Source of the DNA: Rhynchobatus australiae
Taxonomy: Eukaryota
Length of the DNA stretch: 64,000 nt
NCBI GenBank assembly: GCA_034780895.1
Contig: JAUZTB010000084.1
Span: 5,044,715 to 5,108,714, forward strand
Direction of reading: 5' to 3'
The notes below the pieces were generated by a model, which saw only the letters and a program-made list of their open reading frames with translations, did not search any database and was not told the origin of the DNA. Below are positions 60,491 through 64,000 of the stretch, piece by piece. Within the stretch, counting starts at the first letter, position 1. Every line of letters starts with the position of its first letter. A program made the translations under genes and the position numbers.

Positions 60491-63400
60491 CTGAAAATGA
60501 AGGAGTGAAAAAGACATCGTATTTTTTCCAGGAGTAAAACACATTCTCAGTTGTGAAGGAAGATTTTACACAAATGAATATCTAGGGAACAAATATTAGC
60601 ATCTGTTGTGTATATTATAGGAAATAGGCAACTGTGTGTATATTACAGGGAACAGCAGCTCCCTTTCGTGTTTAATGGAAATAATAGACACTCTCCTCTT
60701 TAGGTAAAAGTAATTAAGTTCTAAACTTCATAATAGAAAACTCTTCCATTGAGGGACAGTAAGTTATTTAACCATGATTAGCAGCACAGCCCCACCACAG
60801 TCATATATTTTCTTCCTGAATTACGGTTAAGTAATAATGAGCCTTGAACCTCTGCTGAGAAGAGTAACTGCATCAAACTGATTTTTCACTATCTGACCTC
60901 TGCATATTGGGGAGTTGTGGTTCATCGTGATATTTCCCAATCAGAGAGTACAATGCACATCTCTCTGCACTCACTGATTTGTTGAACTCTCACTCACTCA
61001 ACTTTGGGGTAATGCTTGATACTGCCTTTAGGGGGAGCCCTGGTACAAGAGGACAGTGCAATCTCCCAAGGTGTCCTTAGACCGATGGATTCAAACCTAT
61101 CCAGGAAAACAGATGAAAATATTTTCAACCTCCCATCCCCCACTTTCCACTTGCCCTCCAATTTTCTGCCCATGGTCATGAAGATAGCAACTTGCTACGT
61201 GTCCTCTGTTCACTTGCCCAAATATATATCAGACAAATCCACAATATATTTCTAGTTTTATCCTTATCTCAGTCCATCTACTGCCGACGCCTTTCATCCT
61301 TGCTTTCATTGTCTCTAAACTAACTATTCGAACTGCATGCCTCTCCATTTTCCCACCTATTACTCTCTAGAAAATGTCAGCTCAGTTCCTTAGTATCTAA
61401 ACTCCCAAAAATCCCTTTTGTCTAGCACCCCCAACCTTGCTGACTTGCAGTCTGGACTGACAGCACCTCCCTTCTAATATAACCAACTACAGAAGGATAC
61501 ATAGAAAGGTGAGGGGGGAGGAAGATAAAGGTGATTGGAGTGAGAAATAACAGGTCTAGAATGCAGACAATGGCAGCTCAATTATGCTTAGCTCTCCCAT
61601 AATTTCACACCACAACCTTTGCATCTTGCTCAGCTCTCTAAAAAATCTTTAAAGCCTAGCTTCTTTCCATAGCACTTTTCATGACCAAGCATTCCAAACT
61701 TTTTTTCAGTTAAATGAACACTTAATGATGTGCACTCAGTATTATCAGATAGGAAAGATAGCAAGCCCATTTGCACACAGCAAGCTCCCAAAAACGTGAT
61801 TGTGGACACGGGTATTCACCCTTTGAATCTATCTGGCAGTAACTCTTGCCCTTGCTCATACCCTCTCATTGTTTTTCTCCAATGCATCCAACCACTGTCC
61901 TTTTCTAACCATGCCCCCCAGCCACATAACATGTGCAATTTGCCATCAGTGACAGATTTTAAGGAACACCCTGCAGGTTTAGGGAGGGAATTCCAGAGTT
62001 TAGAGCCTAAGTGGTTGAAGACACGGTTGGCCACTCTGGAGTGACAGAAATCGGGGACGATTGACAATCCAGACTTGGAGCAGTGCAGATTACAGAGATA
62101 ATGGTACGGCCAAGGTCTGATTTGAAAACCAAGATGGGTATTTTTTAAATAGTAGGGACCAGAAGTCTTTCTAGGTCAGTGAGCATAGTGTGAGCTAGAA
62201 ACAGCACATTGAAGGAAATCAGCAAAATATGCATTAATTTTACTGCCCAGCCAGAATTCGAGGCGGACAAACCAAGGCTCTGCTAAAGAAAGAAACGGGA
62301 TAGCACGAGCAGATTTGAACAAAAGCCAGCACTGTCCCTTTAATTAGCAGAGCTGGCCTCCCACCCCAAACCCCAGCCTCCATCTGCAGTTTGGCCTGGA
62401 GCGTCACAAGAACCATGTTACTGTCCGTTAGGCTGACACCGTCTGGTGGTGATTGTTGGGGGGGGGGAGGGGGCTGCCCAAGCCGGCACACGCTGCCAGG
62501 TCAGAGGTCGGAGCCTGAAGTGTGGCAAAAACTGTCGCAAGTGAATGAGTCTGTCCTCCGGGGACCTAACCCAGCGCGTGGCTCATCTCCCAAAGGCTTG
62601 CAGCCTGCAGTCTGTTACTGAACCTCGCCAACAATGGGCCAGCTCCTTTTAGCCAGTGTGGGTTGGGGTGGGGGATGGGAGATGGATTGAGGCTTCAGCT
62701 ACATCCATTAGTCTTAAACCCCTACCGCTTGTATTAAAGCTGCCAAGTATCCAATCGAAGCAGACAATGACTTCTGAGTGCTTTACATTTCTCATCTGAA
62801 GTGAAACCTGCCCCTTTTATTTTTGTTCGGCATCCCAGACTCTGTCAAATGGTGCCAATGAAACTTAAATCTGCATAACACAGTCACTGTACAGAGTAGT
62901 CCACGCTCACTGCTATGCTTCAAGGCAGCAACATAGAGGGAAGGCGGCATATTTTATCCTTTGCCAAAAGAGTCCCATTCTTAACAACTTGCATTTTTAC
63001 AGGGTGTCTTTAAACATTTGTATAACATTTAAAGCTACCTCTGAACCACATACAGAAATATTAGAGCAGGAAACCAAAAGTAAGTCTTAAGTCAAAGGTG
63101 GTGATGAGATTTTGGGAGAGTATTTATAGAGCGGACAGCATAGTTTCCGAATCACAGCCCTTTGAAGTTGAGCGATCTGGATGAAGGTTTAGGGAGGACT
63201 TCATAGTTTTAAAGGCTTTGGACCAAATAAATAATGATGATCTGTTTCTAGTCGCAAGAGGCTTGGGAATCAGAGAACATGGATTTAAGGTGATTAACAA
63301 AAGAATTGGAATAAAGAGACTTTTGCAGAGTGAGTTGTGGTGATATGGAATCCATTAGTTGAAAAGGAGGCAGATTTGAGTATCTTTCAAAAAGGATTTG

Positions 63401-64000
63401 GATAAATATTTGAAAGTGCAAACTTTTGCAGCAATGGAGAAGGGATTGAGGATGTTATAAACTGCATATTTCCTTCAAAGAGCCGAAAAATGTATTGGGA
63501 TGGATGGCCCCCGTTTGTTTCGTAACATTCTATAATTCTTAGATAAATGTTCACAATGGATATCTAAAAGTAGCATAAAGTTACAAATTCCAAGATTCAT
63601 CTCCTTTTGTTAAGGACCTTGAAGCAAGAAGAGAATGGGTCACGTAGGGAGGGCTAAGCACACCCCTTTGAAACATTCAGTCTTGCTGTTAACCATTAGA
63701 ATTGGTTCCTATTGAACCACCCTTTTCCTCTGACCATTCAAAGTTGAGTTTATTGTCGTATGAACAGGTGCACTGAAAAACTTGCAACAACGTCACCATG
63801 CTGACCTACATGACTACCATTCCACCAATGTATCAGATTTAGAATTCTCATCCCTGTGTTCAAATCCCTCCATTACCCTTGCTTCCCCCATGCCCTAAAT
63901 CTTCCCCAGTCTTGCAACATTTTGAGATCTCTACAGTCCTCTAGTTCTGGTCTCATGCATATTACTTGGATTTAATCACTCCACTCTTGGCAGCTGTGGG

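Noticed and set aside
53200-64000. A divergent gene driven from the BRMS1 CpG island
   Set aside because: No convincing coding exons were found; the region is mostly decayed LINE and SINE sequence. A lncRNA cannot be excluded.

Overview
Vertebrate genomic DNA from a gappy short-read assembly. The repeat content (V-SINEs, Deu-type SINEs, CR1, Rex/Babar and Penelope-like remnants) points to a cartilaginous fish, probably a ray. Two convergent multi-exon genes are present. (1) On the + strand, the 3' half of LTBP3 has 15 visible coding exons (265-31316) with all introns in phase 1. They encode hinge, 6 EGF, the TGF-beta-binding TB3 domain (EIYP motif), 2 EGF, TB4, a linker and 2 EGF. (2) On the - strand is a BRMS1 orthologue with 9 visible coding exons (47705-33829), one further exon predicted inside an N gap, and a non-coding first exon and CpG-island promoter near 52.9-53.2 kb. 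The most notable observations are four. BRMS1 has a minor-spliceosome (U12) intron whose 3' end reads AT rather than AC/AG. This BRMS1 keeps the BRMS1L/SUDS3-type C-terminal domain that human BRMS1 lacks. LTBP3 apparently has fewer EGF exons than the human gene. Penelope-associated repeats carry degenerate hammerhead-ribozyme motifs. No prokaryote-type system such as CRISPR is present. Comparisons with human proteins and repeat consensuses are from memory, not from database searches; repeat boundaries are approximate.
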